Shown here: piece by piece, positions 48,718 through 57,982 of the stretch
Layout: each line of letters opens with the position of its first letter
Numbering within the stretch: the first letter of the stretch is position 1
Origin: a bacterium
GTDB lineage: Bacteria; UBP15; UBA6099; JAJRTR01
Assembly: GCA_024278215.1 (NCBI GenBank)
Contig: JAJRTR010000138.1
Coordinates: forward strand, 67,747-126,741
Reading direction: 5' to 3'
DNA length: 58,995 nucleotides
Notes under the pieces: model-generated
Told to the model about the DNA's origin: nothing
Databases searched by the model: none
What the model saw: only the letters and a program-made list of their open reading frames with translations
Position numbers and translations under genes: made by a program

Positions 48718-49143
48718 CTATGTACCGCTGGCGAGTTTATTATTTTCGGCACTGAGATACTCGCACATTTTCAGATCCATTTTCATGATATGCTCGAGAA
48801 ACCACGACACGAGAGCCTTATTCAGCCTGACAACAGTATCTGTAGCTACGCCCTCGCTATCCACTTTCACCCATGTCTCCAATATCAGCGAATTGAACAT
48901 CCTGTGCTGTCTGGCATGAGAAAGATAATAAGGGTACCCCGATTCCCGCATAAGGTTTTCTTCCAGAACAAAATGTTCCGTACAGTAAGCCGACAGAAAA
49001 TCGATCATTTCCCGTGCTTCTTCTTTCCCCGCGGCATTCTTGCAGGCCAATAACAACTCACCTGTTTTCTTGATCAGCAACTTGTGCTGCATATCAACTG
49101 CCGGTATTCCCGACTCGAGGTTCTTCGTCCATTCGATAGACAT
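48718..49143 (-). CDS. Bacteriohemerythrin
   Basis: W...G...D..H, HFxxEE, YPxxxxHxxxH, WxxxHIxxxD. Confidence 0.92.
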   Translation of the reverse strand: MSIEWTKNLESGIPAVDMQHKLLIKKTGELLLACKNAAGKEEAREMIDFLSAYCTEHFVLEENLMRESGYPYYLSHARQHRMFNSLILETWVKVDSEGVATDTVVRLNKALVSWFLEHIMKMDLKMCEYLSAENNKLASGT

Positions 49144-49200
49144 TTTTTCTCCTTTGTCAAATCACCCGCTGCAGAATCCCCGGCCTTCCAAACATATATG

Positions 49201-49428
49201 TCAGCCCTTCGGACATTTGTATTTCTCGACTATTTCATCGACCGACATGCGCGAACTCGGCAAAAGTTTTTTCGGCACAAGGTAGCCTCTGATTCTTACT
49301 GCGTATCTTTTACAACTGTCGAAATCCGCCTCGCAGAATTGCGTCTTGAACGCTTTTGCGGACATCTCCTGGTCCTGTAATATCCCTGTGTAAATCGGGC
49401 ACACCTCGTAAAATCTGCATTTTCCCAT
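49201..49428 (-). CDS. Small Cys-rich hypothetical protein
   Basis: C-x5-C ... FC-x6-CKRY ... VPxxLLP; AGGAG RBS; co-oriented with hemerythrin. Confidence 0.7.
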   Translation of the reverse strand: MGKCRFYEVCPIYTGILQDQEMSAKAFKTQFCEADFDSCKRYAVRIRGYLVPKKLLPSSRMSVDEIVEKYKCPKG

Positions 49429-49471
49429 CGGACGATGTCTCCTGTATATTATTGATATATTTCAAATATCT

Positions 49472-49593
49472 GCGGCAGTTGTAAAATTCTGATTCGGCTG
49501 CAATTGTCCATAGCTGTGAGGATTTTGTACCTTCGTCTTGCTTCTGAACAATTTTGTTCGACCTCGCATCGAACAGAATATTGCAACTGGCTC
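49472..49593 (-). mobile_element. Family A MITE with internal deletions
   Basis: Both ends recognisable; central hairpin lost; flanks ATCT/ATCA. Confidence 0.75.
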
Positions 49594-49723
49594 ATCAGTA
49601 GAAATTATATTTCCCCGGCGCTTTTCCGGTATCGCTGGAGAAACGATTATTCTGTAGCTCACAAATTAAATTATTGTAGATGCACAGCCACAGACCACAG
49701 GAGGCAATGAAACTCCCGAAACA

Positions 49724-50404
49724 TTACCCCTGAGTGAATATGCTTTTGAGCCGGGACACCGCTATATTATTGGATGCAGACAGGATTTGTGCGAAAACGC
49801 GAGCGCCGTCACCGAGAAAAGAGCGTATGTCGGCAGCGCCGGTTACGATGCAGAAAATCGAGCCGAGTACAATACAATTCATTGCATAAACAAAGGTAAG
49901 CGCGGGAAAAAAACCGGATTTACGGATGTCGCTCTGCCCGAGTTTCAATGAGTAGAGTGTGAGTAGAATGTGGAATGATGTAGTGAACCCGACAGCCGCG
50001 ACGAGCCAGGGCTTGAAAACAGGTGCGGCGAGAGCCCACACTGCCAGAAACATTATCGAATAGAGCGGGAAGAAATACGGCGCGAGGGTTACAAGAAAAT
50101 TACCCCGCGTGTAGGACGAAAAACCGCCCTGTGATCGTGAGACATATATTTCCTGCACTTTGCCGCCGAAAAGAACCGACCACAACGCATGTGTAATTTC
50201 GTGTCCGAATATGTGAATTACGATCAGTCTGCGAAAAAGGATATGCACAGGAATATATGCTGAAAAACCCGCAAGCCAGTATAGTCTCGCTCCCGACAGC
50301 CATTCTGACGGAGCGACAGTGAGAAGTCTGCCCAGCGCGGCGGTGAAGCCCACGCCGGCAACTATACTTACCACACCTGTGAGTATTCCAAGCAATAATC
50401 TCAT
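49724..50404 (-). CDS. Membrane metallopeptidase-like protein (M50-like)
   Basis: HEITH zinc motif, LAPYFFP, SD, multiple TMs. Confidence 0.72.
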   Translation of the reverse strand: MRLLLGILTGVVSIVAGVGFTAALGRLLTVAPSEWLSGARLYWLAGFSAYIPVHILFRRLIVIHIFGHEITHALWSVLFGGKVQEIYVSRSQGGFSSYTRGNFLVTLAPYFFPLYSIMFLAVWALAAPVFKPWLVAAVGFTTSFHILLTLYSLKLGQSDIRKSGFFPALTFVYAMNCIVLGSIFCIVTGAADIRSFLGDGARVFAQILSASNNIAVSRLKSIFTQG

Positions 50405-50438
50405 TTCAATATAAAATCCTTTAATATCACTTTTTATT

Positions 50439-50615
50439 GAGCCAATTGCAAATTATGTTCGTCGCGAGGTCGAGCGAAATCGTTCAGAGCAAGACGGAGG
50501 TGTAAAATCCTCGCAGACGTACTTGTAGAGCACGTAAAGGACGATTTTGTGTCGACAACGCAGCTATGTACAATAGTAGCCGACCGCGGCAGAATCAGAA
50601 TTTTGCAATTGGCTC
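50439..50615 (+). mobile_element. ~178-bp MITE (family A), full copy
   Basis: TIRs; flanks TATT/CATT. Confidence 0.88.
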
Positions 50616-50760
50616 CATTGCCGGAATCCCGTTTTGGATAATTTCAGATTGTGACGTAAAACACGCATTGTCGGTGGCCCTGAACAGGCCGGCGCGGTTT
50701 TAATCGGCCCGATTCGGGGTAAATAGAATATAAAAAGGGATTGAGGAGGAGGTGAGAAAA

Positions 50761-51498
50761 ATGAAGAAAGCGGGATTTGTGACAATAATAATAATTTTTG
50801 CTGTTTTAACACCTGCCGTGGCTCGTGATTTCTGGACGATATACGGTGAAAAGATCACATCGAATTATGCGACAAAGGTCGGTATCGGACTGCAAAATGA
50901 TATTAATAAAAGGCTTTCAAACGATGAGTTGTTTTCGGTAGTCACGAAGTCGTTCTCCCAGAGCCTTGGCGCCAGACTTGCAGAGGTGGCCTATCAGAGA
51001 AGAGGTGCCGCAATACCATGTATATTCACTCCGGGTCCTGAACAATGCTTTGTCAATCTTGTGATGAATGTGACATTCGATGAAATGAGTTTTATGAACG
51101 CGCCGCATTTCTCGCAGAAATTTCTGATGAAGCTCAGGTCCTTCCACACGGCAACATTCACAGACAGGTTTTCCGACAGAGGGAAGAGGAAGAGGGCCGA
51201 TCTGGTGCCGCCATGGAAAAAATTCAATCCCAGATTCGGATTTTCGATAGGCGACATGGAACTGGTCGTCGCAACCCCGTTCTACACATTTCTCGGCATA
51301 TATGTCGAACCCCAGTGGGGCACCAGCTCCGGTCCCAGCCTCAGCCTTATGAAGCATCCCTGGTATATGGATGTTTTCAAAAACAGATTATCGGTAAAGT
51401 ATCGGTTTGCAAAAAGCATGTTGAATAATGTGGAATTCGACATAACATTCAGGCCCGGCTGGGAACTGACCCTGGAAAACACACTGATCTATTGGTGA
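50761..51498 (+). CDS. Hypothetical exported protein
   Basis: Strong RBS, signal peptide ending AVA, beta-rich C-terminus ending in aromatic W. Confidence 0.7.
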   Translation: MKKAGFVTIIIIFAVLTPAVARDFWTIYGEKITSNYATKVGIGLQNDINKRLSNDELFSVVTKSFSQSLGARLAEVAYQRRGAAIPCIFTPGPEQCFVNLVMNVTFDEMSFMNAPHFSQKFLMKLRSFHTATFTDRFSDRGKRKRADLVPPWKKFNPRFGFSIGDMELVVATPFYTFLGIYVEPQWGTSSGPSLSLMKHPWYMDVFKNRLSVKYRFAKSMLNNVEFDITFRPGWELTLENTLIYW

Positions 51499-51522
51499 TA
51501 ACCCGCATATTTCACCAATGCG
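51499..51522 (-). repeat. Solo right end/hairpin of family B element
   Basis: TAACCCGCATATTTCACCAATGCG directly after a stop codon. Confidence 0.8.
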
Positions 51523-51581
51523 TGATAAACGTAAACAGCGCGATCCGCCGCCGCCCCGCGTTTTATTACTTCCGCCGGGAA

Positions 51582-52934
51582 TCAGATTCCGAAAACGTAT
51601 TTTGCAAGGCTGAGATAGGTGATGAGAGTGAAAATGTCGCTTATGCTGGCGATCAGCGGGCCGGACATGATGGCCGGGTCGAGTTTGAGTTTCTGGAAAA
51701 ACATGGGCAATACCGCCCCCATGCTTTTAGCGATTGTAACGACGAGAATCATTGTGAAGCATACTGTGAAGGCGAGTTTCAGGCTGTTCTGAGGGCTGCC
51801 CATGCCTACGAAATAGGCTCGCGAGCCGGCGAAGAATCCCAGCAGAATCCCAACCATGAATCCCACACGCATCTCTTTCCACAAAACCTTCAGAAAAAGA
51901 CTTGTCGTCAATTCGCCTGTCGACAGTCCGCGCACGATAACCGTCGATGCCTGGGTGCCGGCATTGCCTCCTGAACTATTCAGAATCGGTATGAAGAATA
52001 TAAGCTGCACAATCGCCTGTAGTTCATCCTTAAAAATCTCCAGCACCCAGCCGGCTACGAATTCCGAGAGCACGAGAATAAAAAGCCATGTGATTCTTTT
52101 TCGTGAAATGTTGAATACACTTGAGCCTAAATAATCTATGGGTGACCCCGCCGCGCCCATCGCATAGATGTCTTCCGTCACTTCTTCTTCGATAATATCT
52201 ATGACATCGTCGACGGTGATGATGCCGCGAAGCTGACGCTGTGAGTTCACGACCGGCATAGCGAGCAGGTCATACTTTGCAATCTTCTTTGCCACGACCT
52301 CGACATCTTCCATCAACGTTACGTTTATCACATTCGGGTTCATGATCTGGCGCAGAGTCGTATCCGGTTTTGCAAGCACGAGCTCTTTGAGAGAAGCGAC
52401 GCCGACGAGTTTTTCATTCTTGTCGATGATATAAAGAGTGTATATCGTTTCAGCTTCTTCGGAGCGTTTTTTTATGTAATCGAGGGCTTCAGTTGTTGTG
52501 GTCTCGGGTTGCAGAGCGAAGAACTCGGTCGTCATGGCCGAGCCGGCGGTGCCTTCCTCGAATTTTACGAGTTGCATCAGGTCGTCGCGCTCGGAAGCTT
52601 TGAGGAGATCAAGAAAATTCTCTTTTCTTTCATCGTCAAGCGATTTCAGGAGATCGACTTGTTCGTCGGGAGAGAGCGCCTCGAAGAAATGAATCACCCG
52701 GCCGGGCTCGGCAAATTCCAGACATGCTTTCTGGGTGTCCGGTTCGAGATGGCCGAATATCTCGAAAGCCATGCTGTTGCCGACAGTCTCAATAACCTTG
52801 AGAATGTCTTCCGGGCGCAACCTCGTAATAGCCGCAGCGACATCAGCGGCATGGTGCTGTTTCGCATAGTGCCTGAGTTGCGCATCCCTGCCGGAAGCAA
52901 GGAAATGCGATATTCTTTTTGATGTCGGCTGCAT
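51582..52934 (-). CDS. mgtE: Magnesium transporter MgtE
   Basis: N-domain, TAGSAMT, CBS pair, GIITVDD, GGNAGTQ, DPAIMSGP, D in TM5. Confidence 0.95.
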   Translation of the reverse strand: MQPTSKRISHFLASGRDAQLRHYAKQHHAADVAAAITRLRPEDILKVIETVGNSMAFEIFGHLEPDTQKACLEFAEPGRVIHFFEALSPDEQVDLLKSLDDERKENFLDLLKASERDDLMQLVKFEEGTAGSAMTTEFFALQPETTTTEALDYIKKRSEEAETIYTLYIIDKNEKLVGVASLKELVLAKPDTTLRQIMNPNVINVTLMEDVEVVAKKIAKYDLLAMPVVNSQRQLRGIITVDDVIDIIEEEVTEDIYAMGAAGSPIDYLGSSVFNISRKRITWLFILVLSEFVAGWVLEIFKDELQAIVQLIFFIPILNSSGGNAGTQASTVIVRGLSTGELTTSLFLKVLWKEMRVGFMVGILLGFFAGSRAYFVGMGSPQNSLKLAFTVCFTMILVVTIAKSMGAVLPMFFQKLKLDPAIMSGPLIASISDIFTLITYLSLAKYVFGI

Positions 52935-53029
52935 GATAACGCCACGCAGAACCGTCGGCAGTGCGCCGTCCGTGCCATGAAAACATGTTGAAGGGGGAGG
53001 ATAAAGGGGTAAAAAGTCGAATCAAGCAA

Positions 53030-53152
53030 TCAGTCTCTCCGATCACCCCCCTCCGACTGTCGGCATACAACGTCTTGAATATCCACCCGCCGGCAATGCG
53101 CTGGGGGAGGACGGTCTTCGTCGTTGTTTATACTGCCCGCAGATTCTTCCAT
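53030..53152 (-). CDS. Putative leader peptide (40 aa, RPPP) upstream of mgtE
   Basis: GGAAGGA RBS then MEESAGSINNDEDRPPPAHCRRVDIQDVVCRQSEGGDRRD*; lies between the promoter and mgtE. Confidence 0.35.
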   Translation of the reverse strand: MEESAGSINNDEDRPPPAHCRRVDIQDVVCRQSEGGDRRD

Positions 53153-53195
53153 TTCGTCCTTCCAAAATAATTGTCGCCGTTTCGGCCAATTATCC

Positions 53196-53224
53196 ATTAT
53201 AGGTCTGGTTCCCAATGTGGTCAA
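53196..53224 (-). promoter_or_regulatory. Putative sigma70 promoter of mgtE
   Basis: TTGACC-17 bp-TATAAT on minus strand. Confidence 0.65.
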
Positions 53225-53229
53225 CAGTA

Positions 53230-53406
53230 GAGCCAATTGCAAAATTCTGATTCTGCTGCGGTCGGCTGCTATTGTCCATAGCTGTGTTGTCGGCCCAAAA
53301 TCGTCCTCGACGTACTCTACAAGTACGCCTGCGAGGATTTTACACCTCCGCCTTGCTCCGAACAATTTCGCTCGACCTCGCTTCGAACATAATTTACAAT
53401 TGGCTC
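53230..53406 (-). mobile_element. ~178-bp MITE (family A), full copy
   Basis: TIRs; perfect 4-bp TSD AGTA. Confidence 0.92.
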
Positions 53407-53598
53407 AGTAAGTTTTCGAAAGTATTCTGAACTTGCAAAAATTCAGCTTGACATACGATGTTGATATTACCTTGTTTTGCGACATTCTTACCCATTTGAG
53501 GTGCGAAAACGCAACTTTTCGAGGAGATTGCGAAAAAATCAGTTTGAAAATCGTCTAGTGTAATTATAACTGCATATTGCCACGAAAGTGCAAGCGGC

Positions 53599-55086
53599 TC
53601 ATATAAATACGGGCAGCGGTTTTCCGTCGGCCCGCGGCATTTCCACACCCATGAGAGCAGCGCATGTCGGCGAAAAATCGATGGTAAGCGCGTCGTCGAG
53701 CTCGTCAGTGCGTACGCCGGGCCCCGCGAAGATCATCGGCACAATCGAATCGTCGGCGTTGAGCGAGCCATGCTGGCCGGCGTGGAATTCCGCGCGCTCC
53801 TGCACATTGAAGTGGTCTGCATAATTGAGAACGAGCTTCACATCCGGCCCCTTGGGATGATCGATACCGCGGATTCTCTCCACAGGCCGGCAGTAGCCCT
53901 CGCGCCCATCGAAAAATGTCTCCGGATCGACAAGCCTGCCTTCTCCCTCGTAAGGCGGGTCGTTCGCGTAGATACTGTAAGGTTCGTCGAACTTCGTGCG
54001 AGTAAGAATGAAATCAACGTAACGTGGAAACGGCCAGTTGCCGAAAGGCGGCAACCTGTCGCCGGCTTTGAGCAGGTTGTTGAGAAAGGGCAGTACATCA
54101 TTCGCGTAATCCGGCTGGGTTTTCCAGTCGCGAGTGTCGCGGTTGCGAAGATAGAAGCTGAATGTCGCGCCGTTGCCGAGGCTGATCACGGCATCCATCT
54201 GTCCGAGATCGTGTTCGCTCATGGACAGGCCCTGCTCGGATTTATCGAAGCCCGACGCCGCCAGCACCGGCTGCATATCCTGGTAGTACATAGACCTGTC
54301 TATATCGTCCGGGTTCATGTTTGTCTGGCCGTGATCGGCGGTTATCGCCGAGTAGATGTCGTCGCCGGGATAAATCTGTTCGGCGGCTTTTTTCATGCGC
54401 ATGAACTCGCCGTCTATGAAGTCGCGCAGATATGGCAACTGGCCGGGCACACCGTGCCGGTGACTGTTGCCGTCATTGCCGCCGAAGTAGAGCGAAATCA
54501 CATCGGGACGTCCTTTTCTCGCGTTGATGATCGCGCTGCTGACCATGTGTTTCTCGTACATCTCATAAGGTTTTTCGAATTGCTCGACAAGTCCGTAGCG
54601 AAGCATGTCCATGCGCCCGGGGCGGATCCATTTCGTCGCGCCGCGCCCGATATAATGAAACATCGTATACGACTTGAGCCCCGCCCTCGTGAAGTCCTCG
54701 TATATGGTTGGTGCTTCGAGATCATTATTCGCCGCCCCGCCTTTGTTGATATTCGGCAGTAGAATGGACGGTGCGCCCCACAGTTTGCGGTCCAGAGATT
54801 CAAGCGCGTAGTGCAGACCCGCGATGTACGAACGTGCCCGCGGCGGCGTGTCGAACCGGTCGAACCACTCGTTGTCCAGTATCCCGTGGTTCCTGTACCA
54901 GCAGCCGGTATAAAGCGATGAACAGCAGGCGACGGTCGTCGATGGAAACATAGTTACTGCACTTCGCACGCGGGTTCCCGTCTTCAGTATCTCGTTAAAA
55001 AAGGGCATCTCACCTTTGTCGATAAGATCGTAGAGAGTCTTCTGGTGGCAACCGTCGATCACCGCCATAATCAGCCGTTTAGCCAT
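53599..55086 (-). CDS. Alkaline phosphatase superfamily (nucleotide pyrophosphatase/phosphodiesterase-like)
   Basis: IDG, FPSTT nucleophile, DxxSH, TADHG, HGS; GGAG RBS before ATG 55086. Confidence 0.88.
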   Translation of the reverse strand: MAKRLIMAVIDGCHQKTLYDLIDKGEMPFFNEILKTGTRVRSAVTMFPSTTVACCSSLYTGCWYRNHGILDNEWFDRFDTPPRARSYIAGLHYALESLDRKLWGAPSILLPNINKGGAANNDLEAPTIYEDFTRAGLKSYTMFHYIGRGATKWIRPGRMDMLRYGLVEQFEKPYEMYEKHMVSSAIINARKGRPDVISLYFGGNDGNSHRHGVPGQLPYLRDFIDGEFMRMKKAAEQIYPGDDIYSAITADHGQTNMNPDDIDRSMYYQDMQPVLAASGFDKSEQGLSMSEHDLGQMDAVISLGNGATFSFYLRNRDTRDWKTQPDYANDVLPFLNNLLKAGDRLPPFGNWPFPRYVDFILTRTKFDEPYSIYANDPPYEGEGRLVDPETFFDGREGYCRPVERIRGIDHPKGPDVKLVLNYADHFNVQERAEFHAGQHGSLNADDSIVPMIFAGPGVRTDELDDALTIDFSPTCAALMGVEMPRADGKPLPVFI

Positions 55087-55220
55087 GATGTTTCTCCAAT
55101 TGTACTTGTGTCGTGCAAAACGACGAGCCGCTTGCAACCGGGCACAGTATAACATGGTTTGAAATCAGCTCAGACATACATTGATTATAACGAATCATCG
55201 TTACCAAAGCGAAGCGTAAA

Positions 55221-55252
55221 TTTGGGAATTTGGGGTCAGGCCTAGAATCAGG
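55221..55252 (+). repeat. 32-bp REP-like direct repeat, copy 1
   Basis: TTTGGGAATTTGGGGTCAGGCCTAGAATCAGG; recurs at 57573-57604 with 1 mismatch. Confidence 0.8.
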
Positions 55253-55305
55253 TGTCAAGCGGCGGCGAATTTTGACCCCCAAACGGCGTTGAAAATTGAC
55301 CACCC
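55253..55305 (+). mobile_element. Isolated IS21-family-like terminal repeat
   Basis: Starts TGTCAA and has tandem internal repeats CGGCG..AATTTTGACCCCC / CGGCG...AAAATTGACCACCC typical of IS21 ends; no istA/istB follows. Confidence 0.65.
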
Positions 55306-55507
55306 TGTTGAGACGGGTAATGTCGTAGAATAAAGTATGTAATGGAGGTGGCTATCCGCGTGCGGGACGCACGCGCCCCTGCCAAATCGTATCCTTGCAA
55401 GCCTTCCTTTTCGTGTATCCTATTGCCGGCTATCGTACTGAAAGCACTGCGCTATTGTTCGGAATAGTTCTTTTTAAAAATTTATTTTCGGACTTTTTAC
55501 ACACGAA

Positions 55508-57070
55508 TCATCTTATTGCTCCCTTTATCTTCAAAGCGAAAGCGTTTTCAGAGGTTCTTTCCGGGGGAAGAGAAACTGTGAGTTTTTCGTCACCCTGAGA
55601 CCAGTCCAGTTCTCCGCCGCCTAGAACCTGCACCGATGTGATTGTCCCTTCAGCCAGCCCGCTTGCAATGCCCAGGGATTCTATCTCGACCGCGCCGTCA
55701 TCCGGCCACTCCATGACAACTGCGTAAAGAATTTTTCCTTTAGTGGTGAACCGGATGTCTTCCGACGTCAGTTGATTTCTCGATTCCAACTGATGGTAAG
55801 CTGCGCCATCTTTGTGCAAGATCGCGTCTGTGGGTCCTTCTCCATAGATTTTCCATGGGCGAGTTCCGTAGATCGCTTCCCCGTTGACATCCAGCCAATC
55901 TCCTATCTGAAGCAGGAGCATTTTTTCAGCGTCGGGAATCGTCCCGTCGGGCGCGGGACCGATGTTCATGAGAAAAACTCCATTTTTGCTTACCGTGTCG
56001 ACGAGTTCGTCTATGAGACGGTCCGCCGTTTTATGTTTGTTCATGGCCGGGTCGATGTATCCCCATGAAATGAACGAAACTGAAGTGTCCGTCTGCCATA
56101 CCTCGGGCCGGATTTCTGTTTCTCCGGTTCGCTCGTGGTCGAGCACTGCCGTGCCTTCCGGGTATATTGTACCTTTGTAATTGATAACAACTTCGCGGCC
56201 CCATTCCCGTGCGCGGTTGTAGTAATATGCGGCAAACTTCCTGTTGTACGGCTCGAATGATTTTTTACCGATACCGAAATCAAAATAGAAGATCGCCGGT
56301 TTGTAGAGATCCACGAGTTCGGCGCATCTCGCCAGCCAGTCACGCATAAAAGGCTCATCCGGCATGGAATCAGGGGGCATCGCCGGGCCGTAGAATGAGG
56401 CGTATCTCGGATCGTTGACATCCGATCTGAACTCCCGACCCCCACTCAAAAACCACCAGTGCGCTGCCCTGTGTGAAGAAAGTCCGAAAATAACATCTTG
56501 ACGCGCGGCAGCTTCTTTCAGTTCTCCGAGAATATCCCTTCGTGGCCCCATCCGGAAAGCGTTCCATTTCGAGAAGCCACCGTTGTACATCGCGAATCCA
56601 TCGTGATGCTCGGCCACGGGAATCACGTATCTCGCCCCGGCTTTCTTAAATAACCTCATCCACTCATCCGCGTCGAATTTCTCCGCCTTAAACATCGGAA
56701 TAAAATCCTTGTATCCAAACTTATCCTGGGCCCCGTATTTCTTCCTGTGGTAATACCACGTTGCCACAATACTTGTTTTATCATACATTTCCTTGGGATA
56801 CCATTCACTCATATACCCGGGAACGGAATAGACTCCCCAGTGAATAAAAATGCCAAACTTCGCATCCTTATACCATTCGGGAGGCTCGTATGCCGATAGG
56901 GATTCCCAAGTATCCGTGAAGGCTCCTTTTTTGTTGACCGCATCCACGAGGCTGACATATCCATTCCTGTCAAGACCTTTAAACTTTGAGATATGAGCAC
57001 AATTTTCTTCGGCATTGATCGAAGCGCAAAACAGCAGCATTATTAATATTATTGTAAGTATTCTTGTCAT
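55508..57070 (-). CDS. GH29 alpha-L-fucosidase, exported
   Basis: Signal peptide; DAKFGIFIHWGVYSVP, EHHDGFAMY, VSKNGxFLMNIGP, NGEAIYGTRPW. Confidence 0.94.
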   Translation of the reverse strand: MTRILTIILIMLLFCASINAEENCAHISKFKGLDRNGYVSLVDAVNKKGAFTDTWESLSAYEPPEWYKDAKFGIFIHWGVYSVPGYMSEWYPKEMYDKTSIVATWYYHRKKYGAQDKFGYKDFIPMFKAEKFDADEWMRLFKKAGARYVIPVAEHHDGFAMYNGGFSKWNAFRMGPRRDILGELKEAAARQDVIFGLSSHRAAHWWFLSGGREFRSDVNDPRYASFYGPAMPPDSMPDEPFMRDWLARCAELVDLYKPAIFYFDFGIGKKSFEPYNRKFAAYYYNRAREWGREVVINYKGTIYPEGTAVLDHERTGETEIRPEVWQTDTSVSFISWGYIDPAMNKHKTADRLIDELVDTVSKNGVFLMNIGPAPDGTIPDAEKMLLLQIGDWLDVNGEAIYGTRPWKIYGEGPTDAILHKDGAAYHQLESRNQLTSEDIRFTTKGKILYAVVMEWPDDGAVEIESLGIASGLAEGTITSVQVLGGGELDWSQGDEKLTVSLPPERTSENAFALKIKGAIR

Positions 57071-57253
57071 CGCATTGCCTTTCACTCGTAAATGATTATA
57101 ACTTATAAGCATATACTCTTTATTTTTTCGTGTTTTTTGCGATAAAGGGAATTGCTGTCAAGTATTGATTAAAATACAGTAGAATATCCTAATCTGGTAC
57201 TGCATATTTGTTATGCCTTACGTAACAAGGCGGGACTTCGAGAGAAGTTCTTT

Positions 57254-57433
57254 TTAGTTTTTAAGGTTCAAGTAATGCTCATTGTAACAGGAAAAAGAAA
57301 AAATCTCAAACTGCCACTTCCGTATTGATGTCGTCTCAATATACGGCACCTTGCCGTTCTCGAACTTTATTGTAATTGTACCATAAAGATTTTCAGAGAA
57401 CAGCCTCTTCAAAAAACGGATAAGTTTTTCCAT
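57254..57433 (-). CDS. Small hypothetical protein (DUF2292/YezD-like), possibly a phage/ICE remnant
   Basis: Manual translation MEKLIRFLKRLFSENLYGTITIKFENGKVPYIE...; coupled (TGATG) to an upstream truncated frame. Confidence 0.45.
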   Translation of the reverse strand: MEKLIRFLKRLFSENLYGTITIKFENGKVPYIETTSIRKWQFEIFSFSCYNEHYLNLKN

Positions 57434-57572
57434 CAGGTCCTTTTCCTTTTATAGTCTTCTTTGAAATGGCGCTCCAGGGCACGGATAAGTTCATTTTTCG
57501 TTTCCTCGGTTGTCTCCTTGAAAACGACGAGGTGGGTATGCACATCACTCAACCGGACTCAAGATGTTGCGG

Positions 57573-57604
57573 TTTGGAAATTTGGGGTCAGGCCTAGAAT
57601 CAGG
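57573..57604 (+). repeat. 32-bp REP-like direct repeat, copy 2
   Basis: TTTGGAAATTTGGGGTCAGGCCTAGAATCAGG. Confidence 0.8.
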
Positions 57605-57651
57605 AATAGTTCATTAAGGAGTTATCACCCTGACTCAGTCAACTACTACTT

Positions 57652-57686
57652 GAGCCAATCGCAAAATTATGTTCGTAGCGAAGGCG
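57652..57686 (+). repeat. Truncated end of family A MITE
   Basis: GAGCCAATCGCAAAATTATGTTCGTAGCGA. Confidence 0.75.
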
Positions 57687-57872
57687 AAAGTCAACAGGGT
57701 AGCAAATAGCCGACGTGAACAAAACAATTCCGAGCCAATAGACTATTCTCCAATTTCAATTCACGTCCTGCCCCTTACCCTTCCGCTCTGTGCACAATTC
57801 TATGTCTGACCCCAATGCGTACATTAACTTGTAACAGTAACAGATAATATGATAAGCTCTGTGCGAGTATTT

Positions 57873-57900
57873 AACCCGGCTTTCTCACAAAGAAATCCGG
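57873..57900 (+). repeat. Solo left end/hairpin of family B element
   Basis: AACCCGGCTTTCTCACAAAGAAATCCGG. Confidence 0.8.
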
Positions 57901-57982
57901 GCCTGGAATATTCATATCTTGCAGATTTTGTCCTGAAAAACACACAATGGCAGAAAAGAAAGATCGAATGGAGACATCCGAT

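Noticed and set aside
52935-53195. M-box (ykoK) riboswitch upstream of mgtE
   Set aside because: The conserved AGGTGAGGCT-type core is not visible; an Rfam scan was not run.
1599-57900. ~28-bp palindromic repeats as a CRISPR array
   Set aside because: Dispersed kilobases apart in both orientations, no regular spacers, no cas genes; they are ends of the family B element.
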